Positions 35,001 through 38,107 of a stretch of DNA of 38,107 bases are shown here, piece after piece (the stretch's first letter is position 1; each line of letters opens with the position of its first letter). The DNA comes from an uncultured Candidatus Saccharibacteria bacterium (lineage in GTDB: Bacteria > Patescibacteriota > WWE3 > UBA101185 > UBA10185), in assembly GCA_964427965.1 (NCBI GenBank), contig CAYRWK010000002.1:1-38107 (forward strand), read 5' to 3'. The notes beneath the pieces are model-generated. The model had not been told where the DNA came from. It worked only from the letters and a program-made list of their open reading frames with translations, and made no database searches. Position numbers and translations under genes: made by a program.

Positions 35001-35295
35001 AAAAGAAATGTTAACTATCAAGTCTGACGACTTGATTGGTAGAACACAGGCGTACAGCGCAATGATTCAAAACAAACCTATTCCGGAATCCAATATCCCG
35101 GAAACCTTTAAACTGTTGGTTAGACAGATGAACGGTTTAGGTCTTGGTTTGGAAGCTATTGGGGGAGAAGATACACCCGAAGAGCCCGTTCAGGAAGCCG
35201 CCGATGTAGCGCAAGAAATTATAGTTGACACATCCGAAGCACAAAGTGATCTCTCGGATACCGAAGAACTTAAAGAGGAGGAAACTTCAAAATGA
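32002..35295 (+). CDS. rpoB: DNA-directed RNA polymerase subunit beta
   Basis: 1097 aa with conserved blocks: [37 protein letters not shown] and [20 protein letters not shown]. Acidic C-terminal tail. Confidence 0.97.
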   Translation: [1097 protein letters not shown]

Positions 35296-38107
35296 AATAC
35301 TTAAACGATTTAAAAAACTTTGATGCTATAAGAATTTATCTAGCCTCTCCTGAGGAGATTCTTTCTTGGTCATTTGGTGAGGTAACCAAGCCTGAGACTA
35401 TTAACTATAGAACCTTTAAGGCTGAAAAATATGGTTTATTTGATGAACAGATCTTTGGACCGGTAAAAAACTATGAATGTTATTGCGGTAAGTACAAAGG
35501 TATCAGATACAAAGGCGTTATTTGCGACAAATGCGGAGTTGAAGTTACCCACTCAAGAGTAAGAAGAGAAAGAATGGGTCATATAAATCTTGCAAGTCCG
35601 GTGGCACACGTTTGGTTTTTTAGAGGTATTCCCTCAAAGATGGCTTTATTATTGGATATTTCTCCAAGAAGTATTGAGTCTGTTATTTACTTCTCGTCTT
35701 TTATTGTAACCGACTTTAACGGTAGTAAAAAAGCTTTGGCAATTTCCAATGTTGAAAAAGATTTGATAACTGCAAAGAGCCAGATCCAAAAAGAAATGGA
35801 TTTACAAGTAGGCGAGCTTGATAAACAAATCGATGAGCTATCCAAGAAAAAGGATGAACTTAAAGCTCAAGAGGAAATCTTAAAGTTGAAACAAAAAGCT
35901 CAAGGTATAAGATCCGCTTTTGAAAAGAGAATTGAAGATCAGGAAAAGAGTTTTAAACTGATTCAAAAGAAACTTGAAAGCATTGAATTGTATACCGTTT
36001 TGTCTGACAACGAGTATGTAAACCTCAGCGTTTACTTAGATGTGTTTACCAAAGTCGAGATTGGCGCCGAAGCCTTAAAAGGGATCTTGGAAAAGATGGA
36101 CTTGAATGTAGTTTCAGCACAGCTAAGAAGCGATTTAGAAAATGCCAAAGGCCAAAAAGCCGCTAAACTTGCAAAAAGATTAAAAGTCGTTGAACAGTTT
36201 AGAAGAGCTAGTATTGAGCCTTCCAGAATGATTCTTTCTGTAATTCCGGTAATTCCACCTGATCTTAGACCTTTAGTACAGCTTGAAGGTGGAAGATTTG
36301 CATCATCCGATTTAAACGAGTTATACAGAAGACTTATTAACAGAAACAATCGTTTGAAAAGACTTTTGGATCTTGGGGCTCCTGAGATTATTATTAGAAA
36401 CGAAAAAAGAATGCTTCAGGAGTCTTTGGATGCGTTATTTGACGCTTCAAAGCAAAGACAAAAGACCAGAATTTCAAAAGGCAAGAAAGAACTTAGATCC
36501 TTGTCAGACATGTTAAAAGGTAAACAAGGTATCTTTAGATTAAACTTACTTGGTAAAAGAGTCGACTACTCCGGTAGAGGCGTTATCATTAACGGACCGA
36601 CTCTTAAACTTAACGAATGTGGTTTACCTAGAGAAATGGGCTTGGAATTATTTAAACCATTTGTGTTAAGAGAAATTTTGGCTAAAGGCTATGCTCCAAA
36701 CGTTAAGAGTGCAAAATACTTTTTGGATGCAAGGTCAGCCGAAGTATGGGAAATTTTAGAAGATGTTGTTAAAGATCATCCTGTGCTATTAAACAGAGCT
36801 CCAACTCTTTGGAGACTTGGTATTCAAGCATTTTATCCAAAATTAATTGACGGTAATGCTATAAGACTTCACCTTTGCGTTTGTTCAGGATTTAACGCTG
36901 ACTTTGACGGTGACCAGATGGCTATTCATTTACCATTATCCGAGGCTTCCGTAAAAGAGGCTAGAGAAAAGATCATTTCAACAAATAACTTGCTTAGCCC
37001 ATCTGATGGATCTCCGATGTCGGTACCTAACAAGATTGTGCTTTTTGGTACTTATTACATGACTTCAATAGATGTGGAATTGCCGGTTTACGGATCTATT
37101 TTTAGTGACTCTCAAGAAGTTTTGTATTTCTTAGACTTATTCAAAGGTACAAAGATTGCACTAAGACAAAGAATTAAAGTCAGAATTAACGGCGAAATTA
37201 TTGAGACTACTCCCGGTAGAATTTTGTTTAATAAAGTCCTTCCGGAATCCTTTGGATTTGTTAACAAGGAAATGACAAAGAGTGGTATCAAAGCTTTACT
37301 TGCTAAGGCTTTTGAGTGTGAGACTAATGATGTCATTGTGAAACTCATTGATGACTTAAAGGATTTGGGTCTTAAGTATGGAACAATTTCAGGTCATTCC
37401 TTATCGCTTGACGATATTAAAGTTCCTGAAAAACGTACTGAGATTATTGCCAAAGGTTATACAGCTGTTGCTGATATCGATAAAAACTTTAGAAGAGGAC
37501 TTATTACAAAAGCTGAAGCTCAAAGACTTACTGAGGATACATGGAACCAAGTAACATCTGAAGTTGATAATGAGGTTTGGGCAGGACTTTCCGATACAAA
37601 CCCGGTTAAGATTTTGGTTAAGTCGGGTTCTACAAGAGCTTCACGTGACCAGGTCAAGCAGATTTCTGGTATGGTTGGACTTGTTTCCGATCCTACAGGA
37701 CATATTGTGCAACTTCCAATTCTTGGTAACTATAAAACAGGTTTGTCAGGTCTTGAGTACTTTGTGTCAGGTAGAGGTGCAAGAAAAGGTTTGGTTGATA
37801 AAGGTCTAAAGACCGCTGATGCAGGTTACCTAACAAGAAGACTTGTTGATGTTGCTCAAGATGTTTTGGTAAGAGAAGAAGATTGTGGTACCGATAAAGG
37901 TCGAGAAATCACAGTAGGTGAGGATACTTTACTTCAAAAATTTGCAGAAAGAGTTGTAGGAAGATACTTAGCTTTAGATGCAAAGGCAAATGGTAAATCT
38001 GTTGTAAAAGCAGGAACTTTGTTAACACTTGATGAGGTTAAAGCTATTGAAGATGCTAAGGTTGAAAAGATTTGTATTAGATCTCCGATGAGCTGTGAGA
38101 CTAGAAG
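35292..38107 (+). CDS. rpoC: DNA-directed RNA polymerase subunit beta-prime, 3'-truncated by the window edge
   Basis: The ATG at 35292 overlaps the rpoB stop (ATGA). Hand translation gives MKYLNDLKNFDAIRIYLASPEEILSWSFGEV... Zinc motif CYCGKY...CDKCGVEV and NADFDGDQMA catalytic loop. It is absent from the ORF track because no stop falls in the window. Confidence 0.95.
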   Translation, partial: MKYLNDLKNFDAIRIYLASPEEILSWSFGEVTKPETINYRTFKAEKYGLFDEQIFGPVKNYECYCGKYKGIRYKGVICDKCGVEVTHSRVRRERMGHINLASPVAHVWFFRGIPSKMALLLDISPRSIESVIYFSSFIVTDFNGSKKALAISNVEKDLITAKSQIQKEMDLQVGELDKQIDELSKKKDELKAQEEILKLKQKAQGIRSAFEKRIEDQEKSFKLIQKKLESIELYTVLSDNEYVNLSVYLDVFTKVEIGAEALKGILEKMDLNVVSAQLRSDLENAKGQKAAKLAKRLKVVEQFRRASIEPSRMILSVIPVIPPDLRPLVQLEGGRFASSDLNELYRRLINRNNRLKRLLDLGAPEIIIRNEKRMLQESLDALFDASKQRQKTRISKGKKELRSLSDMLKGKQGIFRLNLLGKRVDYSGRGVIINGPTLKLNECGLPREMGLELFKPFVLREILAKGYAPNVKSAKYFLDARSAEVWEILEDVVKDHPVLLNRAPTLWRLGIQAFYPKLIDGNAIRLHLCVCSGFNADFDGDQMAIHLPLSEASVKEAREKIISTNNLLSPSDGSPMSVPNKIVLFGTYYMTSIDVELPVYGSIFSDSQEVLYFLDLFKGTKIALRQRIKVRINGEIIETTPGRILFNKVLPESFGFVNKEMTKSGIKALLAKAFECETNDVIVKLIDDLKDLGLKYGTISGHSLSLDDIKVPEKRTEIIAKGYTAVADIDKNFRRGLITKAEAQRLTEDTWNQVTSEVDNEVWAGLSDTNPVKILVKSGSTRASRDQVKQISGMVGLVSDPTGHIVQLPILGNYKTGLSGLEYFVSGRGARKGLVDKGLKTADAGYLTRRLVDVAQDVLVREEDCGTDKGREITVGEDTLLQKFAERVVGRYLALDAKANGKSVVKAGTLLTLDEVKAIEDAKVEKICIRSPMSCETR

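Noticed and set aside
1-38107. Alternative genetic code (UGA recoding, as in some CPR lineages)
   Set aside because: TGA terminates rpoB (35293-35295), lepB (31832-31834) and rpsO (3707-3709) at the expected protein ends. An intact RF2 with an SPF motif is encoded. The standard bacterial code fits all genes.
1-38107. CRISPR arrays, IS elements, prophage genes, rRNA genes
   Set aside because: No spaced direct repeats, no terminal inverted repeats around transposase-like ORFs, and no rRNA-like conserved stretches were seen. Intergenic space is too limited to hide them, the largest gap being about 335 nt at 28585-28919.

Overview
This window looks like a core chromosomal segment from a small, AT-rich (under 40% GC by eye), gene-dense bacterial genome. 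Several traits suggest a CPR/Patescibacteria-like organism (inference only): a minimal 503-aa IF-2, a 1097-aa RpoB, few Shine-Dalgarno sites, and TasA-like and TMTC-like envelope proteins. Almost everything is housekeeping. Plus strand 1-13.7 kb: nusA (5' partial), infB, a degenerate DHH-domain protein, rpsO, pnp, a Zn-ribbon membrane protein, a protease-less Lon-type AAA+ module, family-4 UDG, RNase J, ftsK, a RodZ-like protein and a small TM ORF. Minus strand 13.7-23.1 kb: prfB, a membrane-anchored Clp-like ATPase, a TasA/camelysin-like secreted protein, radC, one plus-strand XRE regulator, then rpsI-rplM-rplQ-rpoA-rpsD-rpsK-rpsM-rpmJ-infA. Plus strand from 23.2 kb: serS, a spermidine-synthase-fold methyltransferase, uppP, secA, a promoter-driven structured RNA, tRNA-Pro(UGG) and an RsmB/F-like methyltransferase. 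These are followed by a minus-strand GT-C/TPR glycosyltransferase, then lepB, rpoB and rpoC (3' partial). I found no CRISPR array, transposase, integrase, prophage or recognisable defence or toxin-antitoxin locus, and no coherent novel multi-gene system. The code is standard: TGA ends rpoB, lepB and rpsO, and RF2 is present. The best leads are single-gene or RNA-level oddities. (1) A membrane-anchored two-ring Clp-like ATPase lacks both pore-loop tyrosines, the M-domain and the ClpP loop. (2) A stand-alone Lon AAA+ module sits next to a Zn-ribbon membrane protein. (3) An unclassified structured RNA with its own consensus promoter lies upstream of tRNA-Pro. (4) Extended -10 elements recur 5-10 nt upstream of start codons, suggesting widespread leaderless mRNAs. 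(5) A TasA-like secreted protein carries a canonical EF-hand loop. All functional calls come from reading motifs by eye; no database search was run.
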